DNA of 64,000 nt from contig CP068257.2 in NCBI GenBank assembly GCA_009914755.4, forward strand, positions 16,928,001 through 16,992,000, read 5' to 3'. Each line of letters begins with the position of its first letter. The first letter of the stretch is position 1. This document shows positions 49,723 to 64,000 of the stretch, piece after piece. A program made the translations under genes and the position numbers. Under the pieces are notes generated by a model. The model made no database searches. It was not told the DNA's origin and saw only the letters and a program-made list of their open reading frames with translations. This stretch comes from the human T2T-CHM13v2.0 reference genome, Homo sapiens.

Positions 49723-52700
49723 ATATGATCATTGGATATATTTGCTATATAGACTCAAATTAAATTTCTTTGGAAATATTTGAATATAGTCTTCCCATAT
49801 CAGAACATAAAAGTGCTAAATTCATTCTAATAACTGTGTATTATTATGTAAAGAGATTATTGTAAATCCTTTTTTCACTTACAGTAAATGTCTGGAAATG
49901 TCTGTCTTCTTTTCTGTTTCAGTGCTTATTATCATCTTCAAATACCAGTAACTTTCAACGAAGGACATATATCCCCTCCGTGTTGAAGCATGATTCCCAA
50001 TGTTGGAAGACATTCTTGGGATTTTAACACAAAACTGTATTTTAAACCCATACCTAAGTGGAATCTACTTTTGCCTTTGTCCTGTTGTGCTACAATTTGT
50101 TACTTCCAATTCCTTCCTCTACAACAGCTAGAATGACATTTTAATGAGGGTGATTTTGATCACATCACATTTTTGTTACTATCTTCTATTTTTTTTTTTA
50201 AATATCCAAAATCTGTAAGCGGCTCTACTATGTCCCGAAGAAAACTATCTTTGCACACCATCCTCCTTTACTCCCAGAATAACAATCATGCCAGAATGTC
50301 ATTTTTTTTCCTTAAAATTTTTCATAGTCCCATTTGGCTTATGGCTTTTTCACATGATTTTTTTCCTCCCTGAAACTCTGTTAAAAAAACATTTTATTTG
50401 CCCAAGAGCTACTTGATTTCCCTCAGTTTAAATGCTATTTCCTCCAAAAAGGCTTTGATCCTCACTTCAGTGACTATATGAAAGCATGAATATTTCTTCA
50501 AAACCATTTCAGTTTTCTTGTATTTGGGGCACATGGTGAGATTATAGTATTCTGTCTTAAAGAGTATAGGCATCATCATGAAGCTTACTGAGATTTTAGA
50601 CTTTTACTTCTTACCTGGAATTATTATTTAATTTTATTCAGTTTCACAAGCAAAGATTTGATCACCACTAGATTCACCTCCCTAATAAGTTTTACTATCA
50701 TATTATGGCACAATAATTTTTATTATGGCATGATAATTTTTACTTATTGGGTAATTGCTTGTGATATTTGCAGAATGCTGATGTCCAAAATCATCATGTT
50801 TTGCAGAGTCCAATAAAATATGGTAGATTGGGTATAAGAGGACACAAAATTGCACAGATTCTGAAAGTTGGGTATCTGTCCAATGAAACGGAGTTACTAC
50901 CAGATAGAATCTAGCTTCCTAGTATACCAGCCTCTCTACCAACAACTGGTCAAAAATATACAAATGTTTAGAGGCTTACATTTGAATTAATCACTAGCAT
51001 TAGAAAACCGATGATTGCCTGTAATAATAAATTAACCTGTAAAAGCATCTCTAAGGAAAGCGTAGTCAGTGAAGAGAGTAAGAGAAATAAATAAGCATCT
51101 ATGTCTACTGAGATAGCTAATTATTATACTTATGGGAGAAAGACATTAAAGCAGCTGGCCTATAATCTATTAGCATCCTTGAAATTAGCATCCCTGAAAT
51201 TACTGGTAAAGATCTCTGTTTAGTGTAATTTTGATTTACTGATCTGATTCATTGTGTCAGCTGAGCTCTCATGAAGGAATAAAAGGTTTATAAAATGAGA
51301 AAAACATTTTAATGGTAATTTACACCATGATGACTTAAAATAATGAAAAATTTGGAGGATAAAATTGTTAAAATCTCTAAGAAAATAGAAAAACATAAAA
51401 ATAAGAGATAACAAGTAAAATTAGAGGATTAATACAAGAAGTGTAAAACCTTCCTGGAGATACTTTCTGTACTTCTACTTCCAGTAGAAGTAGATAAGGA
51501 GAAACAACAGACAAAAGAGAAGGAATTATCAAAGAAATACTGTATTAAAATTTCAGAACAGAACACATGTATCATCAAATTAAAAGGAGCCCTGATTTTT
51601 TTTATTTTTTTATTACGAGCACAAAATTTTACTATTTATTTATTATTAGCACATTTTTTAAGTCTGTATGTTATCCTGTTTTTTTTTAAGTTTCTCATCA
51701 CAGAGAAAGATAGTATGCTACTGCTGAAATACATCAGTAGTGACCTCAAACCATCTCTCCAGGCACATAAAGCAAAAAATTGAAGGCAGTACTCAAACTT
51801 GTGCTACCTAGAAGCATCATGGATTTTTGTCTGCTGCTGTATATTCAATTTTGATTAGATAGGCATTAGCATATAACATTCATAGCATCAAAAAATTCAT
51901 GAAAATGAGTTAAAATGTCAGCCACACAACTATCTAAATGTTAGAACTATAACATCTAGCATGGTTATCTTGGAATGTCAGCATGAATTTTTTACTCTAA
52001 AAAGTACTCCAAAAAACTTTCACAATGTTAAATTCAACATTTAATGTAAAAGATTTATGTGTGCAGCAATGCATTGGAATCATCCTGTCGAAAGGGCTCT
52101 CTTTCAACCCTTCTGAAGGTGAGAAAGTGAATGGGGCTCACTTTTGGCTACAGCTGGTGCTGCGCTCAGCTCTCTGATATTATTTTGCTCTGTGGTCAAA
52201 AAGCAGAAGCATGAAGCATGCCCAAGCCAGCAAACTGAAGTGCAGTATGAACTGTTTAAATTTCTCTCTTCAGATATGTCTATTCAACCACCACTTGGAT
52301 GTCTAGGCTATCAGATACTTTTCCGCGGCTGCCTGTTTGGTTTTGTTGTAAACATTTAGTAGTTCCTGGTAGGTATGGTAGTTTCTGTTGAGCACACTTG
52401 CTTTGTTGAGTCCTGGAGAGGATACTGATAGTTCAGTTTGTCCTGATATGTTGTTTTTAGTGATCCACACATGTTTACGGATGTCTCAGGCAGTTGTCAG
52501 AGTTCTACTTTATGCAGCAATATAATCCTAAAGACAGAGAGCCATCTATCTAACAAGTTATAAGATCTTCTGAAGTTTTAGATTTCAGTTTGTCCTAAAA
52601 TGATTTAAAAAATTAGTTCATGGCTCATTCTACATCTCTGCATCCTGACCTGCTAGATTGGAAATGATAGCCTTGTTGGAAATTATTAAAAAGAAAAAAG

Positions 52701-54693
52701 TGACACAATCATTTGCCTCTCCAGTGGGAAGCATGAAATCTTCATATTTTTCATGTCCTTTTAATTTTGCCCCAAATCACCTTAGACATTGTGATATTTA
52801 TATCTAATAGAAAATTCCAATACTGATGCCAATCTGAGCTAACACATAGGATTATAATGCCCTATCAGACTTATGCAAATCAGAGATCTGTTCCAGTCTG
52901 AATTAAGCTTCACTAAATATCAAAGAAGTAGGCAATTAAGAAGCTGAGGAAAAGCAAAGAGATGTGTAGATATTGAAAAAAAATCTCTACATCTTGCTTC
53001 TCATGTTGGGCATATCCCTCTGGTGCAGAATAATTAAGGTGTCTAATGAAGTCTGCAGAATTCCATGCACCCTCAGGTATGTTGAAACTATGAAACCTTT
53101 CTATGTGTCAGCCAAGAGACTTGTATAGCTTAGGATACATTTTCCAGGGGGCCACAGCTCACAGATCCTTGGATCTATTTATTATATGTATTCTAAATTG
53201 GGACCATTCTTCCAAGGGGTTTTGTGGAAGAGCCATGTATGCAAAGAGATCTCCAACACAGAAGGAACCAAGAAACCAAAAGCAAGGCAGACAAATCCAG
53301 TTTGTTGGTAAAAAGCAATTTATTTGGGAAATTGTGAACAGAAGTGTGGTCTTGGAGAGCAAGGCCAGTAGATATCTGCACCATTACTTCCCAGACCCAG
53401 GGCTTTTTTCCACTGGGAAAAGGTATACGTGATCTATAGACATAATTGAAGGCAACTTCCTGAACAGGCAAGAATGCTATGTGCATCATGGTCTACAATT
53501 TGTGTGATAACATCAAGATTGCTCTGACCTGAGGACAGGATTTTATAGTTAGTACATGTTTAGACTAAGGACAGTAAACAAAGTTGGAAGCAGAGGGCAT
53601 TCCCAGGGCTGATGTTATTCAGAAGTCAACATGGTGGATTATCATCCAAGATGGAGTCACTTTAGCCACCACATAAGGACTTTGCAGAAATAAGTTTAAA
53701 ATGTCTTCTGAAGTGATACTGTGTTCCCATACTACTAGCAGGAATTTTTCTGTACCAATATGGTAATAATTCCAAGATATGTGAACTAAATATAAGTACA
53801 AAGAGAATTACTAGTGAAGTCTCAAAAGGAATATTCTGGCTGGTTTTGTAGTCTAGGGAGCAACCTATAGAAATATATATTTTTACTTGCCCTCTAAGTC
53901 AATATGTTTATTAAAAATGGTGTAATATAAAAAAGTTATAATCCTTCCTTTGAAATGTCTCAAATTTATTCAGTCAAACTCTATGTTAAGTGCAGATAAA
54001 TCTGTGATCAGGTATTCACTTGTTTGCCTGTCAGATTCTTCTTCACTATCTTGTTTTTATGTTCTATGTCTTACAGAAGAAAAAGAGGAATGATAAGTCA
54101 TACTAGGAAGCAGTGGCTTTTCCTAGTGTTTATACAAATTGCTCAAGATTCTGGTTTCAGATGCTCTATCAAGTTCACCATGGGGAACCTGATAAGATGG
54201 TTATGTCAATGAGAGCAGCCTTTGGCCTCTTCTAATGAGATTCATTCCATCTCCCAGAGCAAATTGACATGAATATTTTCAAATGCTTATATGTTATTTC
54301 CTGTTGTAGAATTGCCTATAGGAGCTGGTATTTATAGGAACAAAGGATTTTTTTAAGTGATTTAATTTTTCATTGGAAGTTGTCTGCTCCCATTACCAGT
54401 AAGAGACAGAACCATCTCTTAGGTCTCAGGGAGGACTGCAAAATAAAGCAGTAATTTTTAAAAACAAGTTACATAACTGTTTTCATACCTTTCAAAGTAT
54501 GAAAGCAAAGTTCAAAGGAATTTAAAGCAGGTAAGAAAATCACAACATATAAATTTTCCTGAATCTTTATTTTTCACCGTAATGGCTATGAGAACCACAC
54601 AGAAATGAACAAAAGACATGGAGCATGTTTAGATATTTAATGAAACAAGAATAGGAAAACCCTGGAGATTACTTGCTTCTGAATCATTGCCTT

Positions 54694-54806
54694 AAGCAAC
54701 ATAAAGTTACAGAAAATTAAAAAAAAATCTTTAAGCAACATAAAGTTACAGAAAATAAAAAAAAATCTTTAAGCAACATAAAGTTACAGAAAATAAAAAA
54801 AAATCG
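54694..54806. repeat. Tandem triplication of a ~38-bp unit
   Basis: Three copies of (cttt)aagcaacataaagttacagaaaat(t)aaaaaaaaat(c). Confidence 0.9.
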
Positions 54807-57217
54807 AACCACCAATTGTCCTCTTTAGTTATCTTCTCTCTGTTAATTAAGGTCTCTAATGAAGTCTCATAAACAAATCAAGTTGGCCTTCTTAGACAGT
54901 TCCTATAAGGCGATCCCCAACTCTAACCCCATGTCTGGATTCTGGAAAGCAACACCTATCACATGAATACTAATGTAATACTGGTGCATCCGTTCAGTGG
55001 TATTCTTAAACTTCATACTATTATATTGTGCTAAGCCCCAAGAACTTTCATATACATATCCTACAGAGTAGCCAGTTCCTTCACCAGCAACAATCAACAA
55101 AATAAAACACTTCCCTTTAATCATCAAAAAGATGTAATATCTCAGCAACAAAAGAGTGCATGCAGCGCCTTTATATAAGACCACAAGTTGAAGATTCACA
55201 AAAAGCATTAGCATCTTTACATAAAAACCATCTCTGTCTTAGTTTGTGTTCTACACAAACAGTCCCTAAGACAAGAGTTTAAGAGCAATTAAATTTTTGG
55301 GAGGTAATCTTAGGAAACATTGCTACAGTAAGACCAATTGAGAAGGGAAAAATAAGGAAGACAATAAATAATATATTGTCAAGGAAGTTACCCACTCTGG
55401 GCAACTGAAGGTTAATCCTATTGGGAAAACTTGAGAGATATTGTAGAACACAGGAGTCAGAGATTTTTTTTTTTTGCCTTGGGGACACATTTGCTATTTA
55501 TTCACCACCTTCCATGGACCTTCTTTGAGGGCTGCTGTTGAGAGGTGCTAATTGTGTAACATATTCAGCTTGCCCTATACACAGGCATGGCAGGCTCTGG
55601 TGCCTGAAGTAATAACTCAGTGAGAATTTAAAGTAGGGCTGAGATGATCCGAAATGGTAAGAATTGAGGAGTATCAGGTTGGCACAACAGCGTCTTCTAA
55701 ATCACCTCTTGGGAATCTAAGATTTAAAGCGTGTATGGCCTAGCGTAAGATTTATAATGTTAATATATGCTTGTTTTCTTTGGACCAAACTGGCACATGA
55801 GGATAGAGAATTTATTTACAACTGAATACAAAATTGACATCCATCCCGCCACCGCCAAAAGAGGAGGAAGATGTGGCAGCTCAAAAACATTATGTGTCTG
55901 AGACAGACAGGAGGTGGCCAAGTTGATTTGCTGACAGAAATTTTAATACCCTTTGTTATATTGAACTCTGTTTCAGTATGCTAGCTTAGATCATCATATT
56001 TCCCCTTTCCCGAATCTATTTCATCTGCCATAAAATCTCCCTCAATGGCTTTAACCAAGAGGAATTTAGATGACTGTAATCAGCCCTAATTTTCAAATAT
56101 AATGCTAGGCCACTTGTTGGCCAAGAATGAATTTGTCCAAAATAAACATTGCTGTAAACATCATAAGTCCAGTTTTAGCAGTACTGTCAAACAGCTTACC
56201 ACTGTGGAGGTACAGGATGCGCTATTGCCAACATTGCATGCAAAATTTTAGGGCCCTACTTCATCAGTAGCTTATACCATTTTAAGTCTTAAGTTTTAAA
56301 TATTCTGCAGATAAGTTGCAACATCTTACTTTGGTTTTAATTTATATTTCTCAGCTTAATAAGGAGTTTGAACCCTTTTTATATGTCTGAGTGTTTGTAT
56401 TAATCTTTTAATAAAGTGTCTATCTAAATTTCTTGTTCATATTTTTTAATTGGGTTGTCTGCCACAATTATTATTAATTGACAATAATTTATTTATACAA
56501 ATATAATTAAATGTATTAGAAGTGATCACTTCCATTCCTTAGATTACAGTTTCTCTCAATTATGCCATTTTTAAATTACAAATCCTTATTTCTTTATTTT
56601 AATACCGTTTAGTTATTTTTATCATTTATTTTATGGTCAGTACATCTGGATCCTGTTTAAGAAATAGTTCCCAACCAATAACAGAAAGCTAATGTCCTAC
56701 AAAATTATTTAGAAACTATGATGTTTTACCTTTATATTATTTGTCTAGGATTGATTTTGTGTATTGCATAAGGTGGCAGAGGTCGCTGGTGCCTGTTTCC
56801 AAACTTGCTGCATCACTGTCATCCTAGGACTGATATTGATGGCTGATGTTTATCCTTTCATCAATCTCAGGTTTTCTTTCTTAGCTTAAGCCCTTAGTAG
56901 ATAGCTTTAAGCCTCTTCCCAAGAAATAATTCATGGGAAATAAATTTAATGAACTGCTGCCTGGATTAAGTACCTAGATTTATTTTTTAAAAACCTGTCC
57001 CTTTAGAATATTAAAGTTATTAATCTATGTCTTCTAGAAAGTGATTTAGATATTGGAAAAAATAATTCCATTGAATTTTGTTTCTGTTTGGTTGATATGA
57101 TTTTAACCCTTTCTAGAAATATACTTATATTCCAAAATTTTACTATTATGAGCTTTATATTTGTTTGTTTTTTTTTTTTTTTTGCTGGATCTTTTTTTTT
57201 TAAGTTTTTTTTTCTTT

Positions 57218-57408
57218 TATTATTATACTTTAAGTTTTAGGGTACATGTGCACATTGTGCAGGTTAGTTACATATGTATACATGTGCCATGCTGGTGCGC
57301 TGCACCCACTAACTCATCGTCTAGCATTAGGTATATCTCCCAATGCTATCCCTCCCCCCTGCCCCCACCCCACAACAGTCCCCAGAGTGTGGTGTTCCCT
57401 AATTTTCC
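57218..57408 (-). mobile_element. L1PA 3'-terminal ~190 bp, antisense
   Basis: ttattattatactttaagttttagggtacatgtgcacattgtgcaggttagttacatatgtatacatgtgccatgctggtgcgctgcacccactaactcatcgtctagcattaggtatatctcccaatgctatccctcccccctgcccccaccccacaacagtccccagagtgtggtgttcc is the reverse complement of the L1PA/L1HS 3' UTR end. Confidence 0.85.
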
Positions 57409-58999
57409 AGGAAGCTTGGAATTATTTGAAAATTCTGCCCTTTAGCTCTAAGGATTTTATTTATTTATATAATTTATAATTTATTGTTATTTATTTTCTC
57501 TTTCAGTGATCTATAATTGAATAACAAATTTCCATTTTTTTCTGAATTTGGGGAATTAAGAGTTCATTCTTCTGATAAAGCAAAATAAATTACAATATAC
57601 TCATTTTTCTTTTAAGATTCAGACGATGCAAATAAAAGTTAGATGAAATTTACAGCAAAATAAAATAGAAAAAATTAACGTGTTTATACTGTTGTTCAAC
57701 TGTTCAGATTTCTAGTTTTGTACTATGTATTCTTTATTATCAACATACTAGAATATGATGTAATTCAAGAACATTTCATACATAATCACTTTGATAAAAA
57801 AGGAGATTGGCAAGAGCATAAAAATATTTAAAACACTAGATTAATGAATCCAAAGCTACATAAAGATCTTATAATAACAGTAGTAAACATTTTGAGAAAT
57901 GTGTAGAAACTCCTAACTGAAGGGTTTTATAACCAATATGTTATAACTAATATAAAAGCAATATGTTGCTAATAGACAGCCATACTTCACACTAAGTTCT
58001 CTAATGGGATAACTTGCAGGATTCATAATTTAACAACAGATTGAAAAAGGAAAATTTTTAGATTCAGTAGCAAACATTTTGGATTTCTCAACAACACTTT
58101 CTCCCTAAATTGCTGTGAAATACATTATTCATCAATACCTAGATCCAGAAATATTCACTGAGGGCCTGTAGTGGCAGGTAGTGAATTTATTGAGGCAACC
58201 CATGCAAAGTGCACCCACAGAGCCTGTGATGTGAGGGGGATTTAAACATAAGTTGCCCTCACTCTACTTCTTAAAAATATTTTCAAATGATTCATTAACA
58301 TTCTTATTTTATATGATCCTTGAATTAATTAGATGTATATTCCTCAATCTCCAAGTATTTTGAAATTTTTCTATCATTTTGCTATTAATTTTTAGTTAAA
58401 GTCCTCATGTTTGAGAACTTATTTTGTATGATTACTGTTATTTTAATTTCACACATGTATGTCCAATGGCCAAGAATGTTCTCTATCTTGGAGAGCATTC
58501 CCTGTGAGGTTGAGAAGATGTATATTTTGCTATTGGAACGATAATTCTATAAATGTCAGTTGGATCAAGTTACTGAAATAGGGGCTGAAATCTCTATCTA
58601 TAATAATAAATGTGTATGTTTCTCCTTGCGGTTATCAGTTTTTGTCACATATTTTGACACTCGATTTTTAAGTGAATGCTTCAAGGTTTGCTAATGTCTT
58701 TTTGGAGAATTAAACCTTTTATCATTATCATTAGGTAATGTCCCTCTTTATCTGTAATAATTTTCCTTCTGCTCTGTTTTGTCTGAAATGAATAAAGCTG
58801 CTCCAGCTTTCTTTTGATTAGTGATAGCATCCATGTCTTTCTTTATCTCCTTTACTTTTAGCCTATCTATGTCTTTATAGTTAAAATTGGTTTCTTGTAG
58901 GGAACAGATAGAGTTTTTCCCCCTGCACTCAAAATTTGTCTGTTAACTGATATATTTAGATCATTCACATTTAAAGTGACTATTAATATATTTCAATCA

Positions 59000-60430
59000 G
59001 TATCGATTATGTTTGTAGCTTTTAAAATTTTCTTGAACATTATTTGTTTCTTTTTTATCTCTTCTCTTTTTATATCTTCTCTGGTTTTCATTGAAGTTTG
59101 AATGATTTCATTTTACTTCCTCTCTTAACCTATCAATTATACTTTTTAAAAAATGGTTATTTTAGAGTTTACCACATACATTTATAATGAATTTAAGTTC
59201 ATTTTTAAATAACACTATGCCTCCTTACTGGTTTTTCAGGTAACTTATAGAGTATTTCCACTTCCCTTCTCCTATCCCTTGAAAAATTGTCATTTATTTC
59301 TCTTATCCATATGGCATAATCAAAGAATAAATTGGTGATATTTGTTCAAAAATCCATGCCTATTAGATTCATTTAGAATATAAAAAAATTTTATTTTATT
59401 TTCACTTATTTCTTCTCCACTGATTTTTCTATTTTTATGTAGAGATGAGTTTCTGACATATATTTCTTCTTCCTGAAGAAAATATTTTAACATTTCCTGC
59501 ATGGGTGGTCTCTGGTCATAAATTCCCTTAGTTTTTGTTTGAGCAAGTATTTATCTGTTGATGACTTTTCAAGGATAGTTTTGTGGGATACAGAATTCTA
59601 GATCAGCGTTTTTTTTTTTTTTCCCTTTCTACTCTTGATATAGTTCATCCCACACTCTTCTTGCTGACAGGACTTCTGCCAAGGACAACTTTCCTGTAAT
59701 GTTTATCTTTCCTTATTCCTCCATAGGTAAGGTTGTTTTTTTGTTTTTGTTTTTTTCTCAGAATTTCCTTTTTTTTTTCTTTTTCTTTCTGCAGTTTGAC
59801 TTTGCCATGCATAGGTGTCATTTTTTGTTATTTATCCTATGTCCTGTTTTTACATTTTTTTTAATTATAAAAAGGGAGGGTGCTTATTGGCTTCCTGGAT
59901 CTATGGTTTCTTAATTGTCACCAATTTTATAATGTTCTCCACCACTCTTGCTTCAAATATTTTTTCTTTTCTTTTTCTCCTCTTGGCATTCCAATTGTGC
60001 ATATGTTACAACTTTTGAATTTGCCCAGAAGTTCTTGGATATTACGTTTTTCTCTTTTTTTCTATAAATTTCTGCTTGAAAAGTTTCTACTGATTTATCT
60101 TCTGAATCACCAGTTCTTTCCTCAGTCAGTTTATTGATGTGTACATCCAAACCATTCTTAATTTTCATTAGTGTTTTTTAATTTTACGAATTTCTATTGA
60201 TACTTTCATAGAGTTTTTATTTGTCTGCTTTTATTACACATATGTTATTGCATGTTGTCTACTTTTTTCATTAGAGCTCTCAGCATATTAATCATAGTTA
60301 TTTTAAAGCCACTGTAAAACTTCTGATATCTGCTTGTGATCTGGCTTTGAAACTTGTTTCTTCTTTCCAGACTGTTTTCCTGCCTTCACATGACTTACCA
60401 TTTGTTTTGTTGTTATTGTTGAAAGCCTAG
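59000..60430 (-). mobile_element. Possible ancient LINE (L1M-type) remnant, antisense. Tentative.
   Basis: An extended T/pyrimidine-rich tract with old-L1-antisense-like phrasing (…gtttctactgatttatcttctgaatcaccagttctttcctcagtcagtttattgatgtgtacatccaaaccattcttaattttcattagtg…). Cannot be verified without alignment. Confidence 0.3.
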
Positions 60431-61726
60431 CATGCTATATCAAGTTATAGAAAATGAGGTAGATAGGCCGTTAGTGTGTTTAATCAAGTTTAGCCTAAAA
60501 CTGCCTCCTTACATATTTTAAGTTCCACCTAAAGTCTTCTCTATACGTTGTGAACTGTAAAAAGTGGAGGTGTAAACAGACCATAGCTTACACTTGTGCC
60601 AGTCACCAAGTTATGGTCAATCAAATGTAGCCAACTCTTCAAATAAGTCAAACTCCGAGCTGTAACCAATCCATCTATTTCTGTATCTTACTTCCTTTTT
60701 TCTGTACCTCACTTTCCTTTTTCTGTCCATAAATCACGTGGCTGTGCCGGAGTCTCAAAGAGCCTAGTCTCGTTCAGGAGGTTGCCTGATTCACATATCT
60801 TTCATTGTTCAGTTAAACTGTTTTAAATTAAATTTGGCAGAAGTTTCTCTTTTATCAAGTGTGAGGTTTTATGTAAATCTTTCTAGGACTTGAACTGTAT
60901 TTAATTTTCGCTGTAGCCATGGGTGCCAAGGCCTTCAAATTCCTCTAGTATTCTTACTTGTCTCTCTTCTTTGTTTTTTGTTTCTTTAAAAATTCCTTTT
61001 TTAATAGAGCCTGAAGCTCTGTCATTGTGAAAATAAGGAACAGGGTAGGAGAGGCATTTTATAATCTTATACAATCTCAGTCTTTTGGTGGTTCTGCATC
61101 CCTGGGTTGTGTCCTTTACAAGCATCTCTTACCTCTCTCCCCTCCTTCAACTTTAGGTGAGATAAGAAAGCACGAGAGTGCTGGAACTAGATAATTGCTT
61201 TTCTGCCTATGGAAGATAAATCACCGGCAAGTTCATTTTCAGTGGAAAATAATCCATTTTTCTGGGGTATGCATAGTTGTATTTCAAAGTGGTCACTTTT
61301 GTCCTCTCCCTGGCCAAAGACATGAGCTGAGTTTTCTTGGATCTCCACCATGAGAACCTGGTAGCCCATAAAGTTGTAGGGGGTCTCTCTAAGATTACAG
61401 TCCCCAGAAGTTTTTTATTCTCAAGCTAGTCTACACTGAGCCTCCAACAATTTATTGACTACTGTTGAAATGTCCCAGTTTATAGTTCTATCAGGGCCTC
61501 TTCTAAGTAACCTGATCTGAGGTTTGTTTCTTTGTATTCAGTTTGTTTTTTTCAGATCCAAAGCAACGCAATACTCTGATGCATGCAAGAAAACTCACTG
61601 ATTTTTCAATTGCTCATCTTTTTTTTTTTTTTTTTAAGATGGGAATGATAACTTTCAAACCCTTTTCTTGTTAGAGGTGAAACTATATACCCTGGTTTTT
61701 CACAAATTCAGATTATTGGCCTTGGA

Positions 61727-61762
61727 GCAAAAAACAAACAAACAAACAAACAACAAATCAGA
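61727..61762. repeat. (CAAA)n simple repeat
   Basis: aaaaaacaaacaaacaaacaaacaacaaatcag. A T19 run lies nearby at 61612-61637. Confidence 0.9.
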
Positions 61763-64000
61763 ACCTCATGGAAGTTGATATGGAATGCACATAGGAGCCC
61801 CCTTAATACACATTTACAACCTCTTAAGACACAGATGTTATGAAATCTAATTTTCTTTAGTTTCTGTACAGAAGAACTTCATATTTCTCTAAAGCAGTAA
61901 TAGGTTTTCTCATAAATCTTGCAAATTCACTCCAAACACATATACAAGTAGAAAAGGCATAACAATGAAATGGCCTTGGATATAGAACCAATATTCTATG
62001 AATATCTAACAGATGTATGAAACATTACAGGCATTCAGTATGCACAAGGATTTCATTACTGCCCTGGGGTCTGCAACATTATTTTGCTGAAAATAACCTT
62101 AAACAGCTAAGCAATGACAGCCTTTCTTCTTATTACCTGGCATCCTCACTTTAAGTGGTAACTTCAACAGTTCATCTAGGCTCTGCCTTCTTTCCACCGT
62201 CATTAATGATTTGCAGTGAGTCAGTTTTCATGGATTACCCACATTGCATTTTGATACTGATGACTAATTCTCTAGCGGTTTTCTATACTTAGATGAAATG
62301 GAGAAATCTTTCCTTTTTTCACATATGAAGAACCACTTCAAGTTACTAATATGAAGGTAACCAAACAGGGCTTCTCCTTTAAACTATGCTAATTTTTCTG
62401 TCTTCTTGTTTTGTGATACTTGTGTCATTTAGTGATCAGGTGTGATCTCATACTCTATGAATCATGCTATCAACCAAAATGACTCTATTTTAATGAACTG
62501 AGCCACAATTAAAACAAACAAACAGGCTATTTCATACTGAAATGCTGATTTAACAATTCTTTTAAACTTGGAAAATTGGCAACCTTATGTATGTATCTCT
62601 ACATGGAAATAATTAACTAGTTTGGGATATATGTAATTATTTTTGGATATTTATTACCATTTTTACCATTCCTTTTATTGCATATGCTGAGTGTGTGTGT
62701 ATGTATGTGCATATATGTAGCTCATTGAAAACTAAAGCAATAGGCTCTTTCATTAAATACTACGTATTTCATTGCATGCTATTTTTTCAAATATGCAAGT
62801 AAAATTGAGAAAACATTATAAATGATCCAAAATACATAATTTTGGTATATATTAAAGCAATTTTTAGTGCTCATCACAAAAATAAATGACTTTACTTTGC
62901 CAAATAAATTATTGTCTAGATAAAATGTCTAGGCCATACTATACAAAATAAACTTGCAAATCCTTCCCTCACTATTTCAGGCATTTTTCCTTTTTATTTT
63001 TTTTCATTCTGTGACTCTAGTCAATGACATTTTTTTCTTTTTAAGTAAGAAAAAAATTATATTACATTATATTAACATATATTTATCTAGCTTAAAAGAG
63101 CAGATATTTCAATTTTATGTCTCTGGGATAGGAAAAATCATTCCTTGAATGAAGCTAACTGAGAAAAAAAGTGTTTTCCATCTAAAGGGTAATTTTATTC
63201 TCCCTCATATTCAGTTTTTAAATTTTCAATATTATTTCAAAATTGCCCTTTTCAAACAATTTAAATTTGTGAACTTTCCACTGAGAGCTGGTTGTTATCA
63301 TGAATTCATACAAATAGTCACTGGCAAAGAGTAATTATCACACTATGATGCTGTTAAAATTGTGTTGACTCATCTGAAAATAGTTGGAGTTGAGTGACAG
63401 ACTCTCATGGCTGATTTTCAAATATAATTATAATAATTCATTCATTTTTTGTTTACTCATTTTAGTAACTGTTGCCACATATCAGAATATTCCAATACTA
63501 AGTAGCTTAAAACAACCTTCATTTAATCATCAATTCCAAGGTCAATAATCAGTACAATGAAAATGACTAGTCCCTGCTCTACAGTGGCTGGGAATTTAGT
63601 TGAGGAGACTTAAAGCCTGCATAAGCTTGGCTGCTTGGAGCTAGAATTATCTGAAGGGACATTTGCTCACATGTATTGTGGGTATTGCTTACCCTTAGCC
63701 TCAGTCTCAGCCAGACTTGAGGTTTGAACCCTTACATGTGATCTCTCCACATGACCTGAACTTGCTGTCATCACTGTGGCCCTAGGGCCATTGGATTCCT
63801 ATGTGACAATTCAGGACTCCAGTGTTAGTGTTCTAGTCACAAGGTAGAAACTGATCACTTTTATGATCCAGGCTTGAAAGTGGCTGATTGCCACTTCGGC
63901 CACTCATTCTTTTGATTAAGAGCAAGCCACAAATACAATTTAAGGGAAATGGAAGTAGCTATGTCTGTTAATAGGGTTGTGGCAATGTTCTAAAAAGTTC

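Overview
This window is primate (almost certainly human) nuclear DNA, not a prokaryotic or phage locus. It is AT-rich and strongly CpG-depleted. It is densely populated by primate retroelements: at least nine Alu copies (several with intact target-site duplications), several L1 fragments in both orientations (including young L1PA 3' ends with recognisable ORF2 remnants), a solo HERV9 LTR12, MaLR-type LTR fragments, MIRs and a MADE1 mariner MITE. No ORF exceeds 145 aa, and every ORF with recognisable homology is a LINE-1 ORF2 remnant or an artefact of Alu or simple-repeat sequence. I see no convincing protein-coding exon, rRNA, tRNA, CRISPR array or operon-like structure. The window looks like a gene-poor intergenic or deep-intronic stretch. 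I therefore do not support an undescribed biological system (defence island or similar) here. The most unusual structures are a ~270-bp inverted repeat whose outer part is ~98% identical between arms (48.1-49.7 kb), a MADE1 element carrying a 125-bp filler copied from 1.1 kb upstream, a 50-53 bp x 8 minisatellite, a rearranged L1 with a nested Alu, and a long pure A37+(GAAA)n tract. Coordinates of repeat boundaries are by-eye estimates (about +/-10-20 bp). MIR/L2-class old repeats are under-called because they cannot be reliably recognised without alignment tools.
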